A DNA stretch of 63,720 nucleotides, counting the filler, from Chiloscyllium plagiosum (Eukaryota), in the NCBI RefSeq assembly GCF_004010195.1. It is 5 parts of 2 records of this genome, joined end to end, with 100 filler letters (N's around TTAATTAATTAA, not from the genome) between each part and the next. Parts side by side here need not be neighbours in the genome. Positions count along the whole stretch, not along the records: positions 15,574 to 37,016 come from NC_057716.1; positions 37,117 to 51,664 come from NC_057716.1; 3 more parts are not named here. One strand, given 5' to 3'. Under the pieces are notes generated by a model, which saw only the letters and a list, made by a program, of their open reading frames with translations, searched no databases and had not been told where the DNA came from. Shown piece after piece: positions 33,766-46,858 of this stretch. Within the stretch, counting starts at the first letter, position 1. The number at the start of each line of letters is the position of its first letter. Both the position numbers and the translations under genes were made by a program.

Positions 33766-36745
33766 ATAGAACATACCACATTCCAGCACAGTAGAGGCCA
33801 TTCAGCCCTTGATGTTGCAACGACCTGTGGAACCAATCTGAAGCCCATCTATCCCACACTATTCCATTTTCATCCATATGTTTATCCAATGACCATTTAA
33901 ATGCCCTTAAAGTTGGCGAGTCTACTACTGTTGCAGGCAGGGCATTCCACACCCATTGCCATCTGAGGAAGAAGAATCACTGTCCACCCTACCTAACCCT
34001 TTGATTATCTTACACATCTCAATTAAGTCATAGAAACCTGGCTCAAACCATCCATTCCCGACTGCGCACTTCAGGCTGATGGTTTTTCTGTCCATCGTAT
34101 GGACCTCACAGTGTCCTCGGGTAAGACAAAGGGTTAGAGGGGTTTGCTTTTTTAATCAACAACTTGTGACGCATGGGCATTGCAAGCCTGGGCAGCCATT
34201 GCTCCCCAAACCTTGAACTCCTCACCATCAAATGCCGCCCCTGTACATACCACCACAAGCAAAGGTTGAGGAAGCTCTGGATGTGCTGTACTCCACTACT
34301 AACACCCTGGATTCGGAACACCCCGAGGCCTTGTTTATTGTGACTGGCGATTTCAATCAAGCTAATCTAAGGAAGGTATTGTCCAAGTACCACCAGAACA
34401 TTACCTATCCCACATGGGGCCCGAACATTTTAGACCACTGCTACACCACTGTGAAGGATGCCTACCGTTCCATCCCCTGCCCTTATTTCAGAAACTCCGA
34501 CCACAATGCCGTGTTTCTTCTCCCGGCTTACATGGCAAAAGCTCAAGCAGGAGACCCCCTCGCGGTTACAGGTCCAATGCTGGTCGGAGGAGGCAGAAGA
34601 TCAACTCCGGTGCTATCTGGAATTGGCTGATTGGGCCTTGTTCAAAGAGTCTGCAGGTACCTTGGACGAGTACGCCACTACCGTCACAGACTTTATCAGC
34701 AAGAGTGTGGGGGACTGCATGCCGAGGAAGAAATCCGGTTGTTCCCCAACAGGAAACCCTGGATGAATCAGGACAGACATAACCTGCGAAAAACCAGGCG
34801 TGAGGCCTTCAGATCCAGAGACCCACTCAAATATAAGGAATCCAAGTATGACCTTTGCAGAGCCATTAAGACAGCCAAGGACCAATAACGATCCAAACTA
34901 GAGACCCAGACAGACACCCGGCGACTATGGCAAGGACTGAATGACATCACAGGTTCTAAAAAGAGACAGTGAAAGATAGAAGATGATGACACATCCCTCC
35001 CAGATCGTCTCAATGCCTTCTATGCTCGCTTTGAGCAGAATTTTGGCGGAGAGATTACACCTATTCTGACAAGTCCTAGCGAACCTATCCCAACATTTAC
35101 TGCATCAGAGGTCAGATCAGTTTTCCTTTGTGTGAATCCAAGGAAAACTATGGGACTAGATGGAGTATCAGGCCGTTCACTCAGAGTGTGTGCAGATCAA
35201 CTGGCAGATGTCTTCTCGGACATCTTCAACCTCTCCCTGCAGCAGGGCACTGCCCCTGCCTGTTTCAAGAGGGCCAACATCATCCCTGTATCTAAGAAGG
35301 CTCTTGCAGCATGTTGCAATGACTACTGCTCAGTGGCCCTAACTTTGGTGGTCATTAAGTGCTTTGAAAGACTGTTCCTGGCATTAATCAACTCCAGCCT
35401 CCTCAGTACTCTTGACCCACTCCAATTTGCCTATCGGACCAACAGATCCACATCAGATGCTATATCACCTGCCCTTCACTCATCCCTAGAACATCTTGAC
35501 ACCAAGAACAGCTATGTAAGAATCCTACTCATTGACTACAATTCAGCCTTCAACACTATTATCCCCTCGAGACTGAATTAGTTATCTCGGACAAAGCCCC
35601 ACTTTCTGCAACTGGATCCTCAGTTCCTGACCCACAGGCCACAATCAATGAAGATTGGGCACAATATTTCATTGTCACTAACACTCAACACTGGAGCCCT
35701 CCAGTGGTGTGTACTCAGTCCTCTACTATACTCACTGTATACCATGACTGTATCGCCAAATACCAGACTAATGCCATTTACGAGTTCGCTGATGACATCA
35801 CCATAGTCAGTCAAATCTCAGATGGCGACGAAACAGACGACAGACGGGTGGTGGAAGACCTGAAAGAATGGTGCAGTGAGAACAACCCAGCTCTCAATGC
35901 CGGCAAAACCAAGGAATTCATTACTGACTTTTGGCAGGATGTTACTCATGCGCCCCCACTACACATTAATAGCACAGAGGTGGAACGAGTGGAGAGTGTC
36001 AAGCTCCTGGGAGTGGTCATCCACAACAAGCTTTGTTGGACTCTTCATGTGGATGCACTGGTTACAAAGGCCCAGCAATGTCTCTTCTTCCTCAGGCAGC
36101 TGAGGAAATTTGGCATGATGACGAATACCCTTGCCAACTTTTATAGGTGTGCCATCGAGAGCATTCTGTCTGGATGTATCACTACCTGGTATGGCAACTG
36201 TACCACACAAGATTAGAGACAGTTACAGAGAGTGGTGAACTTGGTCTGGATAATCACAAAGGCCAACCTCCCATCTATAGAATCCATCTACCAGGCCCGT
36301 TGTCAAAGAAAAGCCACCAGTATTCCTAAAGATCCATCCCACCCTGGCAATGTTTTTCTACAACCTCTACCATCGGCGAGAAGGTACAGAAGCCTGAACA
36401 CACGCACCAGCCTGTGTCGCAACAATTTCTACCCTCCTGTTGTTAGAATACTAAATGGACTCACAAACTCTTAACATTCGCCTATACCCGTGGTTTTGTT
36501 TTTGCTGCTGTTTACCTATTATTTACTATCTATGTTACTTAACTCCGTGATCTGCCTGTATTGCTCGACAAAGCTTTTCACTGTGCCTTGGTACACCTGA
36601 CAATAAATTCAATTCAACCTCTCAACCTTCTTCTCTCTAATGAAAACAGCCTCAAGTCCCTCAGCCTTTCCTCATAAGACCTTCCCTCCATACCAGGCAA
36701 CATCCTCGTGAATCATCTCTGAATCCTTTCCAAAGCTTCCACATC
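33766..36745 (-). mobile_element. CR1 3' end (33766-34030 and 36618-36745), split by Rex1
   Basis: ATTAAGTCA|CCTCTCAACC is rejoined when the Rex1 is removed. Confidence 0.8.
34031..36617 (+). mobile_element. Rex1/Babar LINE, 2.6 kb (APE + RT + 3' UTR), frameshifted
   Basis: LFIVTGDFNQANL...ILDHCY...SDHNAVFL; LQFAYRTNRST; LLIDYNSAFNTI; YEFADDITIV; AATAAA at 36602 and (AATTC)n tail. Confidence 0.92.
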
Positions 36746-36749
36746 TGCA

Positions 36750-38092
36750 GCTTAAACTAACTCTGCGGGGGCATGGGAACCCAGATTGTAGCTTCAGGGT
36801 GCAGGGCCTGGAGTGTAGGGAGGTTAGGAACATGGCATCAATTTCCAAGGAGGGTGCCTGTAAACAGGAAAGTGGCTTGAAGTGTGTATACTTCAATGCA
36901 AGAAGTATACGAAATAAGGTAGGTGAACTTGCAGCGTGGGTTGGTACCTGGGACTTCGATGTTGTGGCTATTACGGAGACATGGCTAGAACAGGGACAGG
37001 ACTGGCTGTTGCAGGTNNNNNNNNNNNNNNNNNNNNNNNNNNNNNNNNNNNNNNNNNNNNTTAATTAATTAANNNNNNNNNNNNNNNNNNNNNNNNNNNN
37101 NNNNNNNNNNNNNNNNAGAAAGCATATGGTGTTTTGGCTTTCATTAACAGGGGGATTGAGTTTAAGAGTCGTGAGATCTTGTTGCAGCTCTATAAAACTT
37201 TGATTAGACTGCACTTGGAATACTGCATCCTGTTCTGGTCGCCCTATTATAAGAAAGCTGTGGATGCTTTGGAGCGGGTTCAGAGGAGGTTTGCCAGGAT
37301 GTTACCTGGACTGGAGGGCTTATCTTATGAGGAGAGGTTGACTGAGCTCGGACTTTTTTCATTGGAGAAAAGGAGGAGAAGATGGGACCTAATTGAGGTA
37401 TACAAGACAATGAGAGGCATAGATAGAGTCGATAGCCAGAGACTATTACCCAGGGCAGAAATGACTAACACGAGGGGTCATAGTTTTAAGCTGGTTGGAG
37501 GAAAATGTGGAGGGGATGTCAGAGGCGGGTTCTTTACACAGAGAGTTGTGAGAGCATGGAATGCATTGCCAGCAGCAGTTGTGGAGGCAGGGTCATTGCG
37601 GACATTTAAGAGACTCCTCAACATGCATATGGTCACAGAAATTTGAGGGTGCATACATGAGGATCAGTGGTCGGCACAACATCGTGGGCTGAAGGGCCTG
37701 TTCTGTGCTGTACTGTTCTATGTTCTATGTTCTAAAATCATGAAGGGTATAGCCAGCGTGGATAGAAACAAGCTTTTTCTTCAGGGTGAAGGAATTAATA
37801 ACCAGAGGTCAGGCTTTCAAGGTGAGAGGTGGAAAGTTTAAGGGGATACACGTGGCAAGTACTTCACACAGAGGGTGGTGAGCGTTTGGAACGCGTTGCC
37901 AGCAGAGGTGGTAGAGGCAGGCATGGTAGATTCATTTAAGATGCGTCTGGACAGATGCATGAGTAGGTGGGGAGCAGAGGGATACAAATGCTTAGGAATT
38001 GACCAACAGGTTTACAGTACATTTGGATCGGCTCAGGCTTGAAGAGCCGAAGGGCCTGTTCCTGGGCTGTAAATTTTCTTTGTTCTTTGTTT
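36750..38092 (+). mobile_element. CR1 pieces: ORF1 end/APE start (36750-37016), 3' end (37117-37733), another 3' end (37734-38092)
   Basis: LKCVYFNARSIRNKVGELAAWV; AFINRGIEFKSRE...; tails TATGTTC and TTCTTTG. Confidence 0.88.
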
Positions 38093-38790
38093 GATGTGCA
38101 GTGTGTTCTAGCTAGGTGGATAAAGAACTGGTTGAGCAACAGGAGACAGAGAGTTGTAGTTGAAGGGAGTTTCTCAAAATGGAGAAAGGTGACCAATGGT
38201 GTTTCACAGGGGTCAGTATTGGGGCCACTGTTGTGTGTGATATACATAAATGATCTGGAAGAGGGCACTGTTGGTATGATCAGCAAGTTTGCAGATGACA
38301 TGAAGATTGGTGGAGTAGCAGAAAGCATAGGGGACTGTCAAAGAATACAGGAGAATATAGATAGACTGGAGAGTTGGGCAGAGAGGTGGCAGATGGAGTT
38401 CAATCCAGACAAATGTGAGGTGATGCATTTAGGCAAGAATAATTCGAGAGCAAATTATAAAGTAAAGAGAAGAGCCTTGGGAAAAGTTGGTGAGCAGACA
38501 GATCTGGGAGTGCAGGTCCATTGTACCCTGAAGGTTGCTGCACAGTTGGATAGAGTGATCAAGAAGGCATATGATATGCTTGCCTTCCTCGGACAGCGTA
38601 TTGAGTATAAGAGCTGGCAGGTCATGTTAAAATTGTATACAATGTTGGTTAGAATACTGTGTACAGTTCTGGTCGCCACATTACCAAAAGGATGTGGACG
38701 CTTCAGAGAGGGTGCAGAGAAGGTTTACGAGGATGTTGCCTGGTATAGAAGGTGCTAGCTATGAAGAGAGGTTGAGTAGCTTAGGTTTAT

Positions 38791-41418
38791 GGAACATAGA
38801 ACATTACAGTGCAGTAAAGGCCCTTCGACCATCGATGGTGCGCTGACCTGTCATACCAATCTGAAGCCCATCTAGCCTACACTATTCCATGTACCCCCAC
38901 ATGCTTGTCCAATGACGACTTAAATGTACTTAAAGTTGGCGAATCTATTACCGTTGCAGGCAAAGCATTCCATACCCTTACTACTCTCTGAGTAAAGAAA
39001 CTACCTCTGACATCTGTCCAATATCTATCACCCCTAAATTTAAAGCTATGCCCCCTCGTGCTCACTGTCACCATTCTTGGAAAAAGACTCTCCCTGTCCA
39101 CCCTATCTAACCCTCTGATTATCTTGTATGTCTCTATTAAATCACCTCTCAACCTTCTTCTCTCTAACGAAAACAGCCTCAAGTCCCTCAGCCTTTCCTC
39201 GTAAGACCTTCCCTCCAAACCAGGCAACATCCTAGTAAATCTCCTCTGCACCCTTTCCAAAGCTTCCACATCCTTCTTATAATGCGGTGACCAGAACTGT
39301 ACACAATACTCCAAGTGCGGCCGCACCAGAGTTTTGTACAGCTGCTGTAGCATAACCTCATGGTTCCGGAACTTGAACCCTCTATTAATAAAAGCTAAAA
39401 CACTTTATGCCTTCTTAACAACCCTGTCAGGAGAATGTGAGGACTGCAGATGCTGGAGATCAGAGCTGAAAATGTGTTGCTGGAAAAGCGCAGCACGTCA
39501 GGCAGCATCCAAGGAGCAGGAGAATCGACGTTTTGGGCATGAGCCAGGGTGAACATTTCCCATCAACCACCACCCTCTGTCTTCTTTCAGCAAAACAATT
39601 ACTGATCCAAACTGCTATATCTCCCACAATCCCATTCCTCCTCATTTTGTACAATAGCCTACTGTGGGGAACCTTATCGAACACCTTGCTGAAATCCATA
39701 TACACCACATCAACCAGTTTACTCTCATCTACCTGTTTGTTCACCTTCTCAAAGAACTCAATAAGGTTTGTAAGACACGACCTATCTTTCAGAAAACCGT
39801 GCTGACTATCTCTAATAAAATTATTCTTTTCTAGATGATTATAAATCCTATCTCTTATAACCTTTTCCAACACTTTGCCAGCAACTGAAGTAAGGCTCAC
39901 TGGTCTATAATTACCAGGATTGTCTCTACTCCCCTTCTTGAACAGGGGAACCACATTTGCTATCCTCCAGTCTTTTGGCACTATTCCATTTTCACAATCT
40001 GCAGGATTTCTGATACCTCTTCCTTGTGAACCTCAAACCCACCTAGTCTAGTAGCCTGTATCTCAGTATTCTCCTCGACAACATTGTCATTTTCTAGAGT
40101 GAATACTGTCAAAAAATATTCATTTAGTGCTTCCCCTATCTCCTCTGACTCCACACACAACTTCCCACTACTATCCTTGATTTGCCTAATCTTACTCTTG
40201 TCATTCTTTTATTCCTTAAATCCCTACAGAAAGCCTTAGGGTTTACCCTGATCCTATCCGCCAACAACTTCTCATGTCTCCTCCTGGCTCTTCTGAGCTC
40301 TCTCTTTAGGTCTTTCCTAGCTACCTTGTAACCCTCAAGCGCTCTAACTGAGCCTTCACATCTCATCCTAACATAAGCCTTCTTCTTCATCTTGACCAGA
40401 GATTCAACTTCCTTCGTAAACCACGGCTCCCACGCTCTACAGCTTCCTCCCTGCCTGACAGGTACATACTTATCTAGGACACACAGGAGCTTTTCCTTGA
40501 ATAAGCTCCACATTTCTAATGTGCCCATCCCCTGCAGTTTCCTTCCCCATCCTATGCTTCCTAAATCTTGCCTAATCGCATCGTAATTTCCCTTCCCCCA
40601 GCTGTAACTCTTGCCCAGTGGTATACACCTATCCCTTTCTATCATTAAAGTAAACATGACAGAATTGTGATCGCTATCACCAAAGTGCTCACCTACCTCC
40701 AAGTCTAACACCTGGCCGGGCTCATTACCCAGTACCAAATCTAATGTGGCTTTGCCCCTTGTTGGCCTGTCTGTGTCAAACTGTGTCAGGAAGCCCTCCT
40801 GCACACTCTGGAGAAAAACGGACCCATCTATAGTACTCGTACTATAGTGTTCCCAGTCAATATTTGGAAAGTTGAAGTCCCCCATCACAACTACCTGTCT
40901 CTTTTACTCATATCGAGAACCATCTTTGCTATTCTTTCCTCTACATCTCTGGAACTATTTGGAGGCCTATAGAAAACTCCCAACAGGGTGACCTTTCCTT
41001 TCCTGTTTCTAACCTCAGCCCATACTACCTCAGTTTACGAGTCCCCAAAAATCCTTTCTGCAACTGTAATACTGTCCTTGACCAACAATGCCACACCAAC
41101 CCCCACCCCCCCACCTTTTACCATCTTCTCTGTTCTTACTGAAACATCTAAATCCTGGAACCTGCAACAACCATTCCTGTCCCTGTTCTAACCATGTCTC
41201 CGAAATGGCCACAACATCGAAGTCCCAGGTACCAACCCATGCTGCAAGTTCACCCACCTTATTCCGGATGCTCCTAGTGTTGAAGTAGACACACTTCAAA
41301 CCAATCTCTTGCTTGCCAGTGCCATCTTTGCATCCCTGAAATTTGATTTCGGATCTCCCTACTCAACCTTTTCTATACTTGAACTACAATTTTGGTTCCC
41401 ATCCCCCTGCTGGATTAG
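38791..41418 (-). mobile_element. CR1 covering most of ORF2 (APE to RT to 3' tail) with internal deletions (copy A)
   Basis: [60 protein letters not shown]. Confidence 0.93.
39429..39545 (-). mobile_element. Penelope pLTR fragment replacing part of the CR1 RT
   Basis: GGAGAATGTGAGGACTGCAGATGCTGGAGATCAGAG...GAATCGACGTTTTGGGC. Confidence 0.8.
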
Positions 41419-42254
41419 TTTGAGAGAGTGCTGCTTGACAGAGTGGTAGAGGCAGAAAACCTCATAACATTGAAGTAGTATTTAGAGATACATTTGTGAT
41501 ACCAAGGCATACAAGGCTGTCGCCAAGATCTGAAACATAGGATTAGAATAGTTACGTGGTTGTTTTTCATTAGAAAAAAGGAGATTGGGGGGGAATCTGA
41601 TTGAGATCTACAAAACCATGAAGGGTACAGACAGGGTAGATAGAGATAAGGTGAAGGATTCAATAACGAGAAGTCACACTTTCAAGGTGAGAGGTGAAAA
41701 GTTTAAGGGGCATACACGCGGAAAGTACTTTACACAGAGGGTGGGTAGGTGTCTAGAATGTGTTGCCAGCAGAGGTGGTAGAGGCAGGCATCTGGACAGA
41801 TACATGAAAAAGTGGGGAGCAGAAGGATACAGATATATAGGAATTGGGCGGCAGGTTTAGACTGTGGATTTTGATCGGCTCAGGCTTGGAGGGCCAAAGG
41901 GCCTGTTCCTGGGCTGTAAACTTTATTTCTTCTTTGTTCTTGAAGTCGAGGAGCAAGTGCTTTAGAGGAGATCAGAGAAAGATCTTTTTCAACCAGAGGA
42001 TAATAGAAATATGGTATGTGCTGCTTGAGAGAGTGGTAGAGGCAGAAAACCTCATAACATTGAAGTTCTATTTAGAGGTGCATTTGTGATAACAAGGCAT
42101 ACAAGGCTGTCACCAAGATCTGAAACATGGGATTAGAATAGTTATGTGGTTGTTTTTGTCTGGCAAAGGTTTGATGAAATATAGACCTATATGACTCTAT
42201 GATATGCAGAGATATGAAAAAAAGGCAAGAGATTGGCATTAGATAATAGACCAG

Positions 42255-42650
42255 TGGGCTTGTATACACTTCAGTTTAGAAGGATGAGAGGGGTTCTGAT
42301 TGGGACGTATAAGACTATTAAAGGGTTGGATATTCTGGAGGCAGGAAGCATGTTTCTGCTGATGGGTGAGTCCAGAACCAGAGGACACAGTTTTAAAATA
42401 AGGGGTAGGCCATTTAGTACAGAGTTGAGGAGAAACTTCTTCACCCAGAGAGTGGTGGATATATGGAATGCTCTGTCCCAGAAGGTAGTGGAGGCCAAGT
42501 CTCTGGATACTTTCAAGAAGCTCTTAAAGCTAGTGTCAGGGGATAAGGCAGGAACAGCATACTGATTGTGGATGATTAGCCATGATCATAATGAATAGTG
42601 GTGCTGGCTCGAAGGACCAAATGGCCTACTCCTGCACCTATTGTATTTTG
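42255..42650 (+). mobile_element. CR1 3' end
   Basis: GLYTLQFRRMRG.LI.TYK...TRGHSFKIRGRPF. Confidence 0.88.
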
Positions 42651-42651
42651 T

Positions 42652-43310
42652 CTGTTGTTATAGTGGGGAGGCTGGAGTTGATTAATGCCATGACTAGCCT
42701 TTCAAAGCACTTCATGACCACCAAAGTTAGGGTCACTGGGCGATAGTCTTTGAGACATGCTGCATGAGCCTTCTTAGGCACAGGGATGATGTTGGCCCTC
42801 TTGAAACTTGCAGGGACAGTGGCCTGCTGCAGGGAGAGGTTGAAGATGTCCGAGAAGACGTCTGCCAGTTGATCTGCACATGCTCTGAGTGCACGGCCTG
42901 GTACTCCATCTGGTCCCATCGCGTTCCTTGGATTCACACAAAGGAAAACTGATCTGACTCTGATGCAGTGACTGTTGGGATAGGTTCGTCAGGACTTGTC
43001 AGAATAGGTGTTACCTCTCCGCCGAAATTCTGCTCAAAGCGAGCGTAGAAGGCGCTGAGACGATCTGGGAGGGATGTATCATTGTCTGCTATCTTGCACT
43101 GTCTCTTTTTAGAACCTGTGATGTCATTCAGTCCTTGCCATAATCGCCGGTGTCTGTCTGCGTCTCAAGTTTGGATCGGTATTGGTCCTTGGCTGTCTTA
43201 ATGACTCTGCGAAGGTCAGACTTTGATTCCTCACATTGGAGTGGGTCTCCTGATTTGAAGGTCTCACGTCTGGTTTTTAGCAGGTTCTGTATGTCCTGGT
43301 TCATCCAGGC
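42652..43310 (-). mobile_element. Rex1/Babar internal fragment
   Basis: NPRNAMGPDGVPGRALRACADQLADVFSDIFNLSL; paralogous to 34755-35410. Confidence 0.9.
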
Positions 43311-44671
43311 TTCTGTGATTCTGTGTTATATTAATATGGGCGAGGAAGGAGGATAAAAGGCAGAGAAAAGCAATTCTGACACCAATACAGATCACAGACA
43401 TTGATGAGTTGATTCCTTTCAGTTCCTTTTCTTCCTTTCAACTGATGACGATATGAGGTTGTAGTTACTCTGATTTTCAGACTTTCATTCACTAGTTGAA
43501 ACTTCATCTTTCAGTTTCAAAGTGGTTTTACAATTTTTTACTTTCAATAATGGAATTTAAAGTGAGACTGGTTTATAGGGAAATGATGAGTGACAACACC
43601 TGCAAAAGATTTTCTGTAACTTCTCCACAGCTAGGAGAAAGAGATTCAGAATGTTTTTCTTTGCAGGCTAGAGCCTTTTGTTTTATTGCCCATGCTCAGA
43701 GGATATAGTCAATTGCCCAGAAACCAATCAAAATATTGTTAATAGTCAGCTATCCCTAAATTCTGAAACCCACTGATTCAATTCTGTCAGACTTCTTTCT
43801 GTATGTTCCAGGAAAAGGCAAAATTGAGTTATGTATACAAGGATATCTTTACAGATTATCCTCAGTTTAAATCAGTATCTTCTCATTTTGATCCACAATC
43901 CAAAACTAAAGAGAATAAAGAAATGTGATCTTTACATGCCTCTACCCTAAAGATGAAATGGTATTTCAAAAGTATGATTTGAGGAGAAAATATTGAAGAG
44001 AAAACATGAACTTGGGTCCATTCATCTTCAGCATGTAAAATTCAAGTGCTTGGGATTGGGGTAGTGTACTGACATGGATAGTGAACTGGTTGGCAGCCAG
44101 GAAACAAGGAATAGGAGTAAACAAGCATTTTCCAACTGACAGCCTGGACTATTGGGGTATCGCAGGGATCAGTGCTTGGACTCCAGCTATTCACAATCGA
44201 CATTAATGATTTAGGTGAGGGAATTAAGTGTAATATCTCAATATTTGCTGACAACACAAAGTTGCATCTATTGTCAATTGTTGTAAGAACTCATCTGGTT
44301 CACTGCTTTTTAGGGAAGGAAATCTGCCATATTTATAATAAAAGCAAAACACTGTGAATGCTGAAAAATTTGAAAAAAAAATGTTCTGAAGAAACTCAGC
44401 CTGTCTGGCAGCATCTATGGAGAGAGAAATAGAGTTAACATTTTAAGCCTGATATGACTTTCAGAACTCTCCTTACCTTGTCTGCCCTACATGTGACTGG
44501 ATCCACAGCAATGTGGTTGACACTGAAATGATCTAGCAGGCTATTTATTTGTATCAAAACACTAAAAGTCTCAAAAGAGGAATGAAACCAGACAAACCAC
44601 CTAGTATAAGGCACTGGCAATTACAGGGCAACCACAACATCACTGGTCTGATAAAATGCTACTTACCAACA

Positions 44672-44958
44672 CGGGTGGCATGGTGGCTCAGTGGTTAGCA
44701 CTGCTGCCTCACAGTGCGAGGGACCTGGATTCGATTCCCAGCTTGGGCGATGGTCTGCGTGGAGTTTTCACATTCTCCCACAATCCAAAGATGTGCAATT
44801 CAGGCGAATTGGCCATGCTAAATTGCCCATTGTGTTAGGTGCATTCGTCATGGGTAAATATAGGGTAGGGGAATGGGTCTGGGTGGGTTACTCTTCAGAG
44901 GGTCTGTGTGGGCTTGTTGGGCCAAGGGGCCTGTTTCCATACTGTAGGGAATCTAATC
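44672..44958 (+). mobile_element. HE1 (V-SINE)
   Basis: GGGTGGCATGGTGGCTCAGTGGTTAGCACTGCTGCC head, GATTCGATTCCC B box, AATCTAATC tail. Confidence 0.9.
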
Positions 44959-46047
44959 AAACATTTGGGGCTGTTGTCTAAATTGGGGGAGCTGTCTTGC
45001 AGACCAGTCAAGCAATACTTTGAAAGAGCCATTCAGAATCATATCTTAGGGACAATGTCCCAGACATCATCATCGCCATCCCTAGATATGTTCTGTCCTA
45101 CCAGCAGGACAGACCCAACAGAGATGGTCATACATTTGAATATAGCTGTGAGTCCTCAATATCTTGGATATCAACAGGTAAACTGTGGACAAGGAAACGT
45201 CGTGCTGATTACCACATCCAGTTCTCCTCAGGCGATGAATCACTTCTCCTCCATTTTGAACAACACTTGGAGGAAGCACTGAGGGTGGCAAAGGCACAGA
45301 ATGTACTCTGGATGAGGACTTGAGTCCATCACCAAGAGTGGCTTTGCAGCAGCACTACTGATGAGCTAGTCAAGTTGTAAAGGACATAGCTGCTAGACTG
45401 GCAGGTGGTAAAGGAAACAAGAGGGAAAAACATGCTTAATCTCATCCTCAGCAATCTGCCAGCTCCACATACATCTGTCCATGACAGTATCGGCAAGAGC
45501 GATCATGCATAGTCCGTGTGGAGACAAAGTCCCCCTTCACATTGAGAATACCCATAATTGTGTTGTGCGGCATCATCACATGGCTAATTGGGACCGACCT
45601 TGAACAGATCTAGCAACTCAAGACTTGGCATCCATGAAGCTCCGTGGGCCATTAGCAGCAGCAAAATCATAACTCCAACACTATGCAGCTTCATGGCCCG
45701 GCATATTTTTCACTCAACCATTACCATCAACCCTGATCAATGGAGAGTGTAGGAGGGCATGCCGAGAGCAGCACAAGCCATACCTAAAACTGAGATGTTA
45801 GTCTAGTAAAGCTGCAAACCAGGATTAACAGCATAAGCAGAAAATGATTGATATATCTAAATGATTCCACAACCAACAGATCTAAGCTCTTTAGTCCTGC
45901 CACACCCAGGTGTGAATGGTAGAGGGCAATTAAACAACTCCATGGAGGAGCAGGCTGCATAAATATCCCAATCCTCAATGATGGGGAAGCCCAGCACATC
46001 AGTGCGAAAAACAAGGTTGAAGCATTTGCAACAATCTTCAACCACAA

Positions 46048-46858
46048 ATGCGGAGTGGGCTGAGAGGTGGCAAATGAAGTTCAATGCAGCTAAATGTGAG
46101 GTGATGCACTTTGGGAAGAATAACAGGAAGGCAGAGTACTGGGTCAATGGAAAGGTTGTTGGTAGTGTGAATGTGCAGAGGGATCTTGGTGTCCATGTAC
46201 AAAGATCCCTGAAAGTTGCCATCCAGGTTGATAGTGAGGTTAAGAAGGCATACGGTGTGTTAGGATTCATTCATAGAGGGATTAGGTTCCGGAGCCGCAA
46301 TATCATGCTGCAACTATACAAAATGCTGGTGCGGCCACACTTGGAATATTGTGTACAGTTCTGGTCGCCATATTTCGGGAAGGATGTGGAAGCATTGGAA
46401 AAGGTGCAGAAGAGATGTTGCCTGGTCTGGAGGGAAGATCTTATGAGGAAAGGCTGAGTGACTTGGGTCTGTTCTCATTGGAAAGAAGAAGGCTAAAAGG
46501 GGATTTGATAGAGACATCCAAGATGATCAGAGGATTAGATAGGGTAGACAGTAAAAGTCTTTTTTCTAGGATGATGATGTCAGCGTGTACGAGGGGGCAT
46601 AATTACAAATTGAGGGGTGATAGATTTAAGACAGATGTCAGAGGCAGGTTCTTTACTCAGAGAGCGATAAGGGCGGGGAATGCCCTGCCTGCCCAGTGTA
46701 GTCAACTCAGCCACATTCGGGAGATTTAAACAATCCTTGGATAAGCACATGGATGATGATGGGATAGTATAGGGGGATAACCTGAGAATAGTTCACAGGT
46801 TGGCGCAACATTGAGGGCCTAAGGGCCTGTTCTGTGCTATATTGTTCTATGTTCTATG
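46048..46858 (+). mobile_element. CR1 3' end nested in the old LINE
   Basis: EWAERWQMKFNAAKCEVMHFG...; TATGTTCTATG tail. Confidence 0.9.

Larger units (their letters stand above)
38093..41941 (+). mobile_element. CR1 RT and 3' end (38093-38790 and about 41564-41941), split by a minus-strand CR1
   Basis: [18 protein letters not shown]; ...LGL|FSLEKRR reading resumes near 41564. Confidence 0.8.
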
